From a candidate division WOR-3 bacterium (GTDB lineage: Bacteria; Hydrothermota; Hydrothermia; B15-G9; WFZT01): a stretch of 64,000 nt of DNA. The notes beneath the pieces are model-generated. The model was not told the origin of the DNA and did not search any database. It was given only the letters and a program-made list of their open reading frames with translations. The DNA is taken from contig JALUEE010000086.1 of NCBI GenBank assembly GCA_027053075.1, forward strand, positions 36,341-100,340, read 5' to 3'. Position numbers and translations under genes: made by a program. Positions 19,487 through 28,935 of this stretch are shown here, one piece after another; within the stretch, counting starts at the first letter, position 1; every line of letters begins with the position of its first letter.

Positions 19487-20496
19487 ACTCCCTCTATTTT
19501 TTCTCCGCAGTACGGACATTTACCGTCTTTAATATGATTCTCGAGCACCTCAAAACCCCAGCGTCTTATGAGCAATCTGCCACATTTTGGACAGTACGTA
19601 TTCTCTGACTCGTCGCCGGGCACATTTCCAAGATAAACAAATCTAAGTCCCTCTTCTTTACCAATGCGATACGCCATTTTGAGGGTTTCAATGGGAGTGG
19701 GTGGGTAATCTCTCATCTTGTATGCAGGGTGGAATCTTGAGATGTGCCAGGGAGTCTCCGGGCCGACTTCATCCCTGATGAATCTTGCTATTTCCCTGAT
19801 CTGATCTTCGGTGTCATTCCATCCGGGAACAATAAGAGTTGTAAGCTCAACCCAAATCCCTAATTTTTTGTGAAGTTTAATTGAATCAAGCACCTCGGAA
19901 AGCCTGGCTCCTATAATCTTGCGGTAATACTCTTCACTCCACCCTTTAAGGTCAATATTAACAGCATGCAGGTAAGGTCTTATCATTTCAAGTGCCTGAG
20001 GTGAAATATACCCATTGGTCACAAAGACATTCTTTATACCGTATTGTGATGAAATTTTTGCTATATCGTAGGCATAATCAAAGAAGATGCTTGGTTCAGT
20101 GTAGGTGTGGGCAATAACTTCTGCGCGGTATTTGAGGGCAAGCTGAACCATCTCTTCTGCCGAGACATCGTAACCTTTTATCCTGTGGTGCCTGTCACGG
20201 GGCATCTGCGAAATATCCCAGTTCTGGCAAAAGAGACATTTGAAATTACATCCCACGGTCGCATAAGAAAGGGCACTTGAGCCGGGAAGGAAGTGAAAAA
20301 GTGGTTTTTTCTCAATGGGGTCAAGGTTAATTGCAATAGGTTTACCATAGTTTAGCGAATATAGCTTGTTGTCGATATTTTTCTTGACACCACAGACCCC
20401 GTATCGGTCCTTTTTTATAATGCAGTAATGCCTGCATTCGAGACACCTTACCCGCTCATCGTCGTATTTTTCGTAAAGATAAGCTTCCTTGAGCAT
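19465..20496 (-). CDS. amrS: AmmeMemoRadiSam system radical SAM enzyme
   Basis: CxxCxxxC N-terminal cluster, DPIEKKPLFHF, GCNFKCLFCQNWDISQ, C-terminal CPKCG/CPYCG. Confidence 0.9.
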   Translation of the reverse strand: MLKEAYLYEKYDDERVRCLECRHYCIIKKDRYGVCGVKKNIDNKLYSLNYGKPIAINLDPIEKKPLFHFLPGSSALSYATVGCNFKCLFCQNWDISQMPRDRHHRIKGYDVSAEEMVQLALKYRAEVIAHTYTEPSIFFDYAYDIAKISSQYGIKNVFVTNGYISPQALEMIRPYLHAVNIDLKGWSEEYYRKIIGARLSEVLDSIKLHKKLGIWVELTTLIVPGWNDTEDQIREIARFIRDEVGPETPWHISRFHPAYKMRDYPPTPIETLKMAYRIGKEEGLRFVYLGNVPGDESENTYCPKCGRLLIRRWGFEVLENHIKDGKCPYCGEKIEGVWNQEES

Positions 20497-20585
20497 ATTC
20501 TAAATAATAACAGCCGCCCGATGGAGAGACAAACCCCAGGTGTAATCGGAATGTGGTTGGGTGCTTTGAAGAAGTTGAGAGCAAT

Positions 20586-20628
20586 TTTAGATGGGGGCCC
20601 CGCGCTTCGCGCGGGGCCCCCATCTAAA
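20586..20628. repeat. 20-bp perfect hairpin downstream of the enoyl-CoA hydratase (terminator/REP-like)
   Basis: TTTAGATGGGGGCCCCGCGC-TTC-GCGCGGGGCCCCCATCTAAA. Confidence 0.8.
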
Positions 20629-20636
20629 TCTACTGT

Positions 20637-21380
20637 TTACTTCTTTAAAAATTTTGCCAGGGATTCGCGGGCAAATTGGGAATTGGCAAGAAATACCAGC
20701 TCACCAGAAGCCTCCCCAAAGAACACCATGTTCCTCTGACGGGCAATCCATTTTTTGGCAACCTTTACAGCAAGGGGGTCAGAGTTGGCTATTTTTTCTG
20801 CAATTTCATGGACCCTGTCCATCAATTCCTCTGGTTTTACAATAAAATCTACTATTCCCATTTTAAAGGCCTCTTCTGCAGTTATGGGCTCACCGAGTAA
20901 GGTGAGTTTGGCGGCTTTCTTCAGTCCTATTAGTGAAGGGTTGATGGTGAGACCTGCAGGGGGTATGAGACCAATTTTTAATTCGGGAAAAGCAAATTTT
21001 GCAGCCTTTGACGACACAACAAGGTCAAACATCAATGTCATTTCAAAGCCTCCACCATAGGCAAGTCCGTTTATTGCTCCAATAGTGGGTACTGGAAACT
21101 CTGAAATAGCTCGTAAAACTCTGGCGAATCCATTGCTGAAAAATTCGTACAGGTTCTCAGTTCTGGTCAATTTATCCATTTCATAGATGTCATTACCGGC
21201 AGAAAAGGCCCTGCCTTTACCTGTGATAATCAAAACCCTCAGATTATCATTTCCCTTCTCCTGATCCAGGATGTTGTAGAGCTCCTGCCACATCTCCCGG
21301 TTGAATGAGTTGAGCTTATCCTCCCGCGTAAAAGTTATGATACCGATACCATCTTTAAGCTCATAACTCATGTACTTCAT
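20637..21380 (-). CDS. Enoyl-CoA hydratase/isomerase (crotonase) family protein
   Basis: AFSAGND, AINGLAYGGGFE, FAFPELKIG; SD GGAGG before ATG 21380. Confidence 0.9.
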   Translation of the reverse strand: MKYMSYELKDGIGIITFTREDKLNSFNREMWQELYNILDQEKGNDNLRVLIITGKGRAFSAGNDIYEMDKLTRTENLYEFFSNGFARVLRAISEFPVPTIGAINGLAYGGGFEMTLMFDLVVSSKAAKFAFPELKIGLIPPAGLTINPSLIGLKKAAKLTLLGEPITAEEAFKMGIVDFIVKPEELMDRVHEIAEKIANSDPLAVKVAKKWIARQRNMVFFGEASGELVFLANSQFARESLAKFLKK

Positions 21381-21444
21381 AATATGCCTCCTTTCCCTTA
21401 GGTTACCACAAATTGGACGAACATTCAGCCTTAAAATTGAAAGT

Positions 21445-22272
21445 ATGGAATACAGATCACCGCACGGCAGAATTGTAGATTTTAATAAAAAACCTCTGAT
21501 CATGGGGATTTTGAATGTAACTCCGGATTCTTTTTATGCCGGTAGTCGTGTGATGGGAGAGGTGGAACAGGTTGCGCGGGCAATGATAGACGAAGGAGCG
21601 GATATCCTTGACATTGGGGGTGAATCCACAAGGCCGGGAGCCGAAGCTGTGCCACATGAAGAGGAATTGAGGAGAGTGGTACCGGCTATTAAAGCTATCA
21701 GAAAATTTTCAGAGATACCCATTTCAATTGATACTTACAAATCAGTGGTGGCAGATGAAGCAATAAAGGCAGGCGCTGATATTGTTAACGATATCTCGGG
21801 TTTTTCCTTTGACCCTGAGATTGTGAATGTGGTGCAAAGATACAGGGCTCCTTATGTCCTGATGCATATCAAAGGAACTCCACGGGATATGCAAAAAAAT
21901 GCTTTTTATGACGATGTGGTTGAAGAAGTCAAGGCTTATTCCAAAGAAAAAATAGATTATCTCAAGACCCGCGGAATAGAGCAGATTATCCTTGACCCTG
22001 GTATCGGCTTTGGGAAAAGGTTTGAGGACAATATTGAATTGCTGAAAAACATTGATAAATTCAAGTCGTTCAGCATCCCAATACTTGTTGGTCATTCAAG
22101 AAAATCTTTTATCGGGTGGATTCTTGGGGAGAGTGAGCCTGAGAAGAGGTTGTATGGTACTCTCGGCATCACCGCATATCTAACACTTCAGGGGGTGGAC
22201 ATTATCCGTGTCCATGATGTAAAGGCCAATAGAGATGTGGTCGAGACTGTTAATAGATTAATGGCCCCGTAA
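21445..22272 (+). CDS. folP: Dihydropteroate synthase
   Basis: MGILNVTPDSF, DIGGESTRPGA, DPGIGFGK, GHSRKS, IIRVHDV. Confidence 0.95.
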   Translation: MEYRSPHGRIVDFNKKPLIMGILNVTPDSFYAGSRVMGEVEQVARAMIDEGADILDIGGESTRPGAEAVPHEEELRRVVPAIKAIRKFSEIPISIDTYKSVVADEAIKAGADIVNDISGFSFDPEIVNVVQRYRAPYVLMHIKGTPRDMQKNAFYDDVVEEVKAYSKEKIDYLKTRGIEQIILDPGIGFGKRFEDNIELLKNIDKFKSFSIPILVGHSRKSFIGWILGESEPEKRLYGTLGITAYLTLQGVDIIRVHDVKANRDVVETVNRLMAP

Positions 22273-22333
22273 TTAACTGTTCCATCCTTTCCTTGAGATG
22301 TAGATTTGGAGTCTCACGGTGAATTGGAAGTAT

Positions 22334-22385
22334 TTAGTGGTAGTCCCGATTTGGGAATTTATTCCCAAATCGGGACTACCACTAA
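22334..22385. repeat. 25-bp perfect inverted repeat with 2-nt spacer
   Basis: TTAGTGGTAGTCCCGATTTGGGAAT-TT-ATTCCCAAATCGGGACTACCACTAA. Confidence 0.9.
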
Positions 22386-22522
22386 CCCTATCGTTGTAAA
22401 TTCCTCGTGTAATAACTAAGTCCAGGGAATACGGATTTTTTCTGCAATTCCTCATTTTCCACAGTCTGAACTCTGAATACGGAATGATAATTGCCTGAAA
22501 TAGCAGAAAAAGGAGGTGCATA

Positions 22523-23038
22523 ATGCGGAGTATAAAATTTGCTGCAGTGATTGCAATACTGGTCTGGGCATTTGGCGTGGCCCATGCTCAGAGTGATGAT
22601 GAAGGCTACTATACCAATATTTATGACATAAAAAACGGTGATATCGTGTATTTTGAAGGTGAGCAACCTATCAATTACGATTACGGTGATTTTACCTATT
22701 TCCATCACGATAGAAGGAAGACCTTCAGGATACGGGTGAAATACTACAAGAGGGTTGTAGATGTTAATTCGGAATTCTTCGGTATGGAGGGTGAGGAGTA
22801 CCCAGTAATAAAGGTTGAGAAGGTCTATGAACCTGATTGTGAAATTCCTTCTGTCATGCTGGGACCCTGGACACTTAGGCCTACTAAGAAGGAAATTACT
22901 TACACGCGTACACGTGAAGTTAACCGTGTTGCAGTTTATCCTGCATATAAAAAGAAAAAGAAGAAGGTAAAAACCGTCTGGTACTGGCAGAGAGGTGAAA
23001 AGCCCATCGGTATTCTCAAAAAATACTCAGGACAGTAA
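22523..23038 (+). CDS. Exported hypothetical protein, beta-rich with basic C-terminus
   Basis: SD AGGAGGTG, signal peptide ending AHA, KKKKKKVK patch. Confidence 0.8.
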   Translation: MRSIKFAAVIAILVWAFGVAHAQSDDEGYYTNIYDIKNGDIVYFEGEQPINYDYGDFTYFHHDRRKTFRIRVKYYKRVVDVNSEFFGMEGEEYPVIKVEKVYEPDCEIPSVMLGPWTLRPTKKEITYTRTREVNRVAVYPAYKKKKKKVKTVWYWQRGEKPIGILKKYSGQ

Positions 23039-23040
23039 AA

Positions 23041-24129
23041 ATGAGATTTGTAAGCCTTCTGTTCCTTTTTATAACTTTACTGCAGGCAGAAGGGCCAAAG
23101 GTGATTGACCTCTCTCGACTGAGATTTCGATATTTTGTTCCCCAAAGTGTCATAGACTCTCTGAACTATGAGGATATTTCTGAAATAGATTCAAAGTGGA
23201 CGCATGTAAATGAGCAACGTTTTACCTGGCATAAGGTGCAATTTGTTGATGGATGGTACAATTCTGGTATTAATGCCGGGATATTTATCGGGTTCCAGGC
23301 TCCGTTACACAAACTCATGGATGACGAGTATATTACTAACTGGATGGTCTCTCTTCAGGAATCGGGTGGAGATGAAATAATCTATAAAGGTGAAACGCGT
23401 ATTTTCAGCCAGCTACAGTGGAGAGTCTACGAAATTCAATCAGATATTGGAGATGGCCTTTTTGTGACAGGAGGGTCAATTCCTACTGTTATGTTCCTTG
23501 CGATCACTCAGCTTGAACCACCACCCTCATCTCACATACATCCCCTAATTGTTGTTTATGGTGGGGCCCCAGAAGAGAGCAGAACACAGTTGTTCTCAAC
23601 TTTAACTAAGTTTCTCAAAACTGTCTCAATTGTAAAGGTTGCCCGGGAAACAAAGACTGTAGCCTTGGGAAGCATGGAAAATCCTGATACAGTTTCCAAG
23701 CCCGATTCTGAGGTGGAAGTTTCCTACATAAAGGTAGAGCAACGCCGAACTGCTGGGGTTGGTTACACACGATATCCATCAGGTTTCCAGGGGGTTAGTT
23801 TCAAATTTTTGAAAGGAATAAAAACTGAGCTGTCCATTGGTGGGCTTGTCGACGGGAAAGGTAAAGATGATTATGAATACCATCTGGATGCATGCTTTGA
23901 GCCCTTTGAACTGAAGATTAAATCCCCTGTTTATATTGGAATAGTCTTTGGTGGCCGCTATTACAGAGATAGAACGAGAGTCTATAACCTTTCAATTCCA
24001 ATAAAAGCTTACTTGAAAGTCGGTGGAATTGCTGCAATGGTACCGATGTTCGGCATCTCTTATACATACAATGAAAAATTAAGGAGGCACACGATGGCAG
24101 GAGGGTGGGGGTTACAGATAATATTTTGA
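23041..24129 (+). CDS. Exported hypothetical protein with probable C-terminal outer-membrane beta-barrel
   Basis: Signal peptide, alternating beta pattern in last ~130 aa, terminal Phe (WGLQIIF). Confidence 0.65.
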   Translation: MRFVSLLFLFITLLQAEGPKVIDLSRLRFRYFVPQSVIDSLNYEDISEIDSKWTHVNEQRFTWHKVQFVDGWYNSGINAGIFIGFQAPLHKLMDDEYITNWMVSLQESGGDEIIYKGETRIFSQLQWRVYEIQSDIGDGLFVTGGSIPTVMFLAITQLEPPPSSHIHPLIVVYGGAPEESRTQLFSTLTKFLKTVSIVKVARETKTVALGSMENPDTVSKPDSEVEVSYIKVEQRRTAGVGYTRYPSGFQGVSFKFLKGIKTELSIGGLVDGKGKDDYEYHLDACFEPFELKIKSPVYIGIVFGGRYYRDRTRVYNLSIPIKAYLKVGGIAAMVPMFGISYTYNEKLRRHTMAGGWGLQIIF

Positions 24130-24138
24130 AAAAGAGTG

Positions 24139-24161
24139 GGGGGATGCCTTCGGCATCCCCC
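24139..24161. terminator. Hairpin after the 23041-24129 gene
   Basis: GGGGGATGCC-TTC-GGCATCCCCC; the U-tract is on the minus strand only. Confidence 0.5.
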
Positions 24162-24350
24162 ACCTACCAACAATTTTATTAATGAGATTTTCCAATCCGG
24201 AATGGATTTGGTTATTTCTTTATCACTTTTGAGCGTCTTATTGGAGGGATATTTCACCATATAAGACTTTTTGAAAATTACCACAGACCTTATATTTGAA
24301 GAATTTGTGACTAAGGAGGTTGACCTATTTTGAATGGATAAAAGGGGATA

Positions 24351-24391
24351 AAAAAGAGGGGGGCGGCCCGAAGGGCCGCCCCACCTCTTTT
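24351..24391 (-). terminator. Intrinsic (possibly bidirectional) terminator of the porin gene
   Basis: AAAAAGAGG-GGGGCGGCCC-GAA-GGGCCGCCCC-A-CCTCTTTT. Confidence 0.75.
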
Positions 24392-24408
24392 ATCAAATAA
24401 AATTCCTC

Positions 24409-25518
24409 TTACTTCCAGTCGTACTGGAGGTGAACACCAAAGAGCGTCTGGGAAACTTTGGCGTTGTCGTTGTCTCCAACCTTGCTGCTGAACAGTGCAA
24501 ATTCAGGCTGGATGTAGAAGCTCTTTGTGAGGTTGAGCTTGTAGTTAGCAAACAGGACCATCTTTGTGGCCTTGTCGGTCTTTGTGCTATCGCCAGCAGC
24601 CCATACATCTTTCTCGGGCTCTGTGGCAATGTCCATACCGAGACCGGCGGTGAAGAGACCTTTACCCGCCTTGGCCATGACCTGTGCAAATCCGCCCATA
24701 CCTGTTGTGTTCTTAACTGTTCCTGTGCTGTCAACGTAAGGTGCATGATATGCGCCCTCACAGCAGAAGGTGTAGAGGTTCTGACCGAACCAACCATTTA
24801 CGAGTACCTTGGCAGGCCCGAGTGGGAGGCCAGCGAAAGCGGCCAATGCAAATGTATTTATTGTAGCGGTATCAGCTCCTTCCTCTTTGAAGGAATTATA
24901 GGAGAAACTTACATTGGCAGGACCAAATGCAAAGGACGCTTCTATTTTAGGAAGTTTTACTTCTGTAGAATGATATGAAGTATCTGTAACTGCAGCTTTG
25001 GGCTCAACAAATGCGACCTTGGCTGGCCCTTTGCAGAACACTACTTCCCAAACCCTACCGCCGTAAAGGTTACCATAGCCGATTGCAGCGAGGTCATGGT
25101 TCAGTCTCTGGTTCGCAAACACGAAGTCAAGCACAGACCATGTGTGCCCAAATTTCACCTTACCCATTGGGGTATTGATCAATGCATAGGCATGGCGCAG
25201 CTTTAATACTCTCGTAGGAAATGTTCCACTTGAGGTATCGTGGTCAAATGAAAACCAGCCATTTTCATGCCACATTTTATAAGGAACACCTGCTTCAAAA
25301 TACAGGTAGCTTCCATCATCCATTGTTCCCTTTAGTCTAAACCTTGAGTTACCAGGGTCGACAATAGCAAAGTTTGTCACGGCTGCTGATGTTCCTACTG
25401 TTGTGGATGAGAATGTCGGATCCACCCTGAAGCTGCCGCTAAATGACCATTTCATGGCCAGCGCAGGGCCTACTGCCAATATGGCTCCAAGTACTACACC
25501 CAGTACATACTTCCTCAT
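24409..25518 (-). CDS. Porin-like outer-membrane beta-barrel protein
   Basis: Signal peptide (ALA), NSRFRLKG and LKLRHAYA porin-like segments, terminal GVHLQYDWK; SD GGAGGT. Confidence 0.8.
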   Translation of the reverse strand: MRKYVLGVVLGAILAVGPALAMKWSFSGSFRVDPTFSSTTVGTSAAVTNFAIVDPGNSRFRLKGTMDDGSYLYFEAGVPYKMWHENGWFSFDHDTSSGTFPTRVLKLRHAYALINTPMGKVKFGHTWSVLDFVFANQRLNHDLAAIGYGNLYGGRVWEVVFCKGPAKVAFVEPKAAVTDTSYHSTEVKLPKIEASFAFGPANVSFSYNSFKEEGADTATINTFALAAFAGLPLGPAKVLVNGWFGQNLYTFCCEGAYHAPYVDSTGTVKNTTGMGGFAQVMAKAGKGLFTAGLGMDIATEPEKDVWAAGDSTKTDKATKMVLFANYKLNLTKSFYIQPEFALFSSKVGDNDNAKVSQTLFGVHLQYDWK

Positions 25519-25547
25519 ATCTCTTACCTCCTTTTGAGTTTTTTTCT

Positions 25548-26477
25548 TCATTTAAACCTTGTTTTTCCAACCCTCTCTCCCCTCACAACAAGCACCGACT
25601 GCCTGGATTTCCTTATAACTTTTTCCGTTACAGACCCCATCAACACCCTTTTCAATCCTGATACCCCCCTCGTTGCCATTACAATTAAATCCACATTTTC
25701 ATCGTCTGCATACTCGAGGATTTTGGGAACCGGCTCTCCTGAATCAACAAAGACACTTGTCACGACACAGCATTCATCCTGCATAATCTGCCTTGTAAGT
25801 GCTTCAAGCTGGTATTTTTCCCTCTCTCCTTCGGTAGAGATGAATTTATCAACTTTCCACTTCAATGTATCCGGAAGATTTTCTCTGTCGATTTTAGGTG
25901 TCTCAAGAACATAGAGGAGAGAGAGTTTGGCTTTGAATTTTTCGCTAATTTGAACCGCAATCTCAAGGGATTTCTTCGATCTCTCACTAAAGTCCACGGG
26001 AGCCAAAACACTTTTAATTTTAAACTGTTCTTTTTCTTTCACGATGTAGACATGAGATGGAGCGTGGCGGGCGATTTTTTCTGTGACTGCTCCGAGCTCG
26101 GCGATAATTCCAGGAACCTTCCTGTGATAGCCTATGACAATCAGATCAGCCTGGATTTCCTCGATAAATTCAAGAATCTGGTTTACCGGGTGCCCCTGCC
26201 TGACCGCGATTGTGGGCTCTCGCCCCACGATTGTTTTTGCCCTTTCAGCGTATTTTAAAAGCTCCTGCTGGGCAAATTCACTGAGGCTTGAATAGATATC
26301 TTCCAGCTCTTCTGGCTGAGCAAATGTCCCCTCTAAGTCCTTTGGAAAAACTTTCTTTTCCAGTACATGGAGGAGGTACAATTCAGCACCAAATTTTCCC
26401 GCAATATTAGCCGCAGCCTCAAGTACCGTTGGTGAGTATTCTGAGAGGTCAAGAGAGGCCGCTATCTTTTTAAACAC
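25548..26477 (-). CDS. Universal stress protein (tandem USP domains)
   Basis: Two domains; DLIVMATRG...GSVTEKVIR. Confidence 0.9.
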   Translation of the reverse strand: MFKKIAASLDLSEYSPTVLEAAANIAGKFGAELYLLHVLEKKVFPKDLEGTFAQPEELEDIYSSLSEFAQQELLKYAERAKTIVGREPTIAVRQGHPVNQILEFIEEIQADLIVIGYHRKVPGIIAELGAVTEKIARHAPSHVYIVKEKEQFKIKSVLAPVDFSERSKKSLEIAVQISEKFKAKLSLLYVLETPKIDRENLPDTLKWKVDKFISTEGEREKYQLEALTRQIMQDECCVVTSVFVDSGEPVPKILEYADDENVDLIVMATRGVSGLKRVLMGSVTEKVIRKSRQSVLVVRGERVGKTRFK

Positions 26478-26533
26478 TTTTTACCTCCATTTTCATGGCT
26501 TATTTTATTAGTGGTCTACCGAAATTTCAAGAT

Positions 26534-27712
26534 TTAATCGCATCTAAAAGCCTCTATTCCAGTTATGTCTCGACCCACTATTAAGGTTTGCATCTCATGT
26601 GTCCCCTCATAAGTATAGACAGCTTCAAGATTTGCAGCATGTCTCATGCAGTTGAATTCGATGCTGATACCGTTGGCGCCGAGTACACTTCTTGCCCTTC
26701 TACAGATATTTAGTGCCATCCTTACGTTGTTCATTTTTGCCAGAGAAACCTGGGGATATCTCATTTTGCCGGAATTTTTAAGCTGACCAAGGCGATAAAC
26801 GAGTAGCTGTGCCTTTGTTATCTCGTTAAGCATCTCAACCAGGTACATCTGGATGAGCTGATAGCGGGCAATTGGCTTCCCAAACTGTATCCTTTCTTTG
26901 GCGTACTGGAGAGCTTCTTCAAAGCAGGCCATGGCCGCACCGACTGCCCCCCATGCAATGCCGTATCTTGCCTGTGTGAGGCACATAAGAGGGTGCCTCA
27001 GGCTGTCTACTCCGGGCAGCCTGTTGGCCTCGGGTACCCTTACATCTTCAAGAACAATCTCGCCCGTAGCGGATGCTCTAAGGCTAAGCTTTCCAGTAAT
27101 TTCCGGAAAGCTTACACCTTTCATATCTCTTTCAACGATAAAACCCAAAATTTTTCCACTATCTTTGTCTCTTGCGTAAACAACGGCAAAATCCGCGATA
27201 TTCGCATTTGTTATCCACATCTTTGCACCGTTCAATACCCATTCATTGCCGTCTTTTTTCGCGTATGTACGCATTGAGCCAGGATCAGAGCCGGCGTCAG
27301 GCTCAGTAAGACCATAGCACCCGATTAGCTCTCCTGATGTCAGCTTGGGGAGGTACTTCTTCTTCTGCTCCTCTGAGCCAAATGTGAATATAGGATAGGC
27401 TACCAGCCCTGATGTCACAGAGACGAAGCTTCTCATCGCTGAATCTCCGCGCTCCAGCTCCATATTTATCAAGCCATAGGCGATTGCATCAATTTCAGAG
27501 CCGCCGTAATCTGCAGGTAGCCAGGGGGCGAGGAGCCCCAGCTCAGCCATCATAGGCACGAGGTGTTTTGGGAACTCCCCCTTCATGTAGTACTCACCAA
27601 TTATGGGTATAACTTCTTTGTCAACAAAATCCCTTACAGTATCCCGGATGATTTTTTGTTCCTCTGTGAGGAGTTCATCAATCAGGTAGTAATCAGTACC
27701 TTTATAAGCCAT
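26534..27712 (-). CDS. gcdH: Acyl-CoA dehydrogenase, glutaryl-CoA dehydrogenase type
   Basis: ELERGDSAMRS, GLTEPDAGSDP, KLSLRASATG, QARYGIAWG, YTYEGTH. Confidence 0.85.
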   Translation of the reverse strand: MAYKGTDYYLIDELLTEEQKIIRDTVRDFVDKEVIPIIGEYYMKGEFPKHLVPMMAELGLLAPWLPADYGGSEIDAIAYGLINMELERGDSAMRSFVSVTSGLVAYPIFTFGSEEQKKKYLPKLTSGELIGCYGLTEPDAGSDPGSMRTYAKKDGNEWVLNGAKMWITNANIADFAVVYARDKDSGKILGFIVERDMKGVSFPEITGKLSLRASATGEIVLEDVRVPEANRLPGVDSLRHPLMCLTQARYGIAWGAVGAAMACFEEALQYAKERIQFGKPIARYQLIQMYLVEMLNEITKAQLLVYRLGQLKNSGKMRYPQVSLAKMNNVRMALNICRRARSVLGANGISIEFNCMRHAANLEAVYTYEGTHEMQTLIVGRDITGIEAFRCD

Positions 27713-27738
27713 TTTTGCCTCCTATGTAGTAAAATCGG

Positions 27739-28935
27739 CTAAATTATCCCTTTTTCGTGGTAAACTTTCAAGGTTTTTTCGTTAAAACCAAGCAGTTTGT
27801 GAAGTACCTCATCGGTATGCTCTCCCAGTAGGGGAGGATGCAGGCGAAACTGAACTTTTGTTCTTGAAAATTTTAACGGTGTGCCCACGAGTGGAATCTC
27901 ACCTGCAGTGGGATGCTTCATCTTTACCACCATCTCTCGTGATTGTACATGTGGGTCGTCAAATACTTCTTTCATGTTGTAGATGGGACCACAGGGGACC
28001 TTCGCTTTAATGAGAGCTTCACACCATTCGGCAGTGGTATGCGTTAGCATGATCTCTTTGATTATAGGAATAAGTTTATCCCTGTTTTTGACCCTCGAAG
28101 GATTTGTGGAAAATTCAGGATTTTCCGCAAGGTCCTCTCTTCCTGCTACTTCGCAAAACTTTTTGAACTGAGAATCGTTACCAACTGCGAGAATCATATA
28201 TGAATCCTTTGTCTTAAATGCCTGGTAAGGCACAATATTGGGATGGGCGTTCCCATACCTTCTTGGAGGAACGCCTGAGATAAGGTAATTTGAAGCCTGA
28301 TTAACCATAGCGGCTACCGCAGAGTCGAGAAGTGAAACATCAATATATTGCCCCATCCCACTCCTCTCCAGTTCGATCAAAGCTGCAAGGATTGCATTGG
28401 ATGCAAACAAGCCAGTTATGACGTCAGTCCAGGCTACACCTACTTTCATGGGCTCACCATCGGGCTCACCTGTAACAGACATCACACCACACATCCCTTG
28501 AATGATAAAATCATACCCGGGCCTATCCTTATAAGGCCCTGTCTGTCCGAATCCAGTTATTGAAACATAAATAATTCTTGGATTTTCTTTTTTTATGGAT
28601 TCATAATCAAGTCCGTATTTTTTAAGTCCCCCGGCTTTGAAATTTTCTATAAAGACATCACTGATCTTCGCCAGTCTTTTTACAATCTCGACCCCTTCAG
28701 GGGTTTTCAAATTAACGGTGATACTTTTTTTGTTCCGGTTTACGGAAAGGTAGTAAGCCGCTTCCCCGTCGGCAAATGGAGGTCCCCATGAGCGGGTTTC
28801 ATCACCTCTCCCGGGCGCTTCGACCTTTATGATCTCGGCTCCAAGGTCTCCAAGGAGCTGGGTGGCAAAAGGGCCAGCCAGCACCCGGGAGAGGTCGAGA
28901 ACCCTTATTCCTTCAAGAGGTAAATTTACTTCCAC
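27739..28935 (-). CDS. Family III CoA-transferase (CaiB/BaiF)
   Basis: LDLSRVLAGP, GDETRSWGPP, NRNKKS, HPNIVPYQ, PPLLGEHT. Confidence 0.95.
   Translation of the reverse strand: MEVNLPLEGIRVLDLSRVLAGPFATQLLGDLGAEIIKVEAPGRGDETRSWGPPFADGEAAYYLSVNRNKKSITVNLKTPEGVEIVKRLAKISDVFIENFKAGGLKKYGLDYESIKKENPRIIYVSITGFGQTGPYKDRPGYDFIIQGMCGVMSVTGEPDGEPMKVGVAWTDVITGLFASNAILAALIELERSGMGQYIDVSLLDSAVAAMVNQASNYLISGVPPRRYGNAHPNIVPYQAFKTKDSYMILAVGNDSQFKKFCEVAGREDLAENPEFSTNPSRVKNRDKLIPIIKEIMLTHTTAEWCEALIKAKVPCGPIYNMKEVFDDPHVQSREMVVKMKHPTAGEIPLVGTPLKFSRTKVQFRLHPPLLGEHTDEVLHKLLGFNEKTLKVYHEKGII

Noticed and set aside
22427..22483. Direct repeat GAATACGGA x2 in the leader of the 22523 gene; possible riboswitch
   Set aside because: Only two 9-mers, and I could not match any riboswitch consensus by eye; an Rfam scan would settle it
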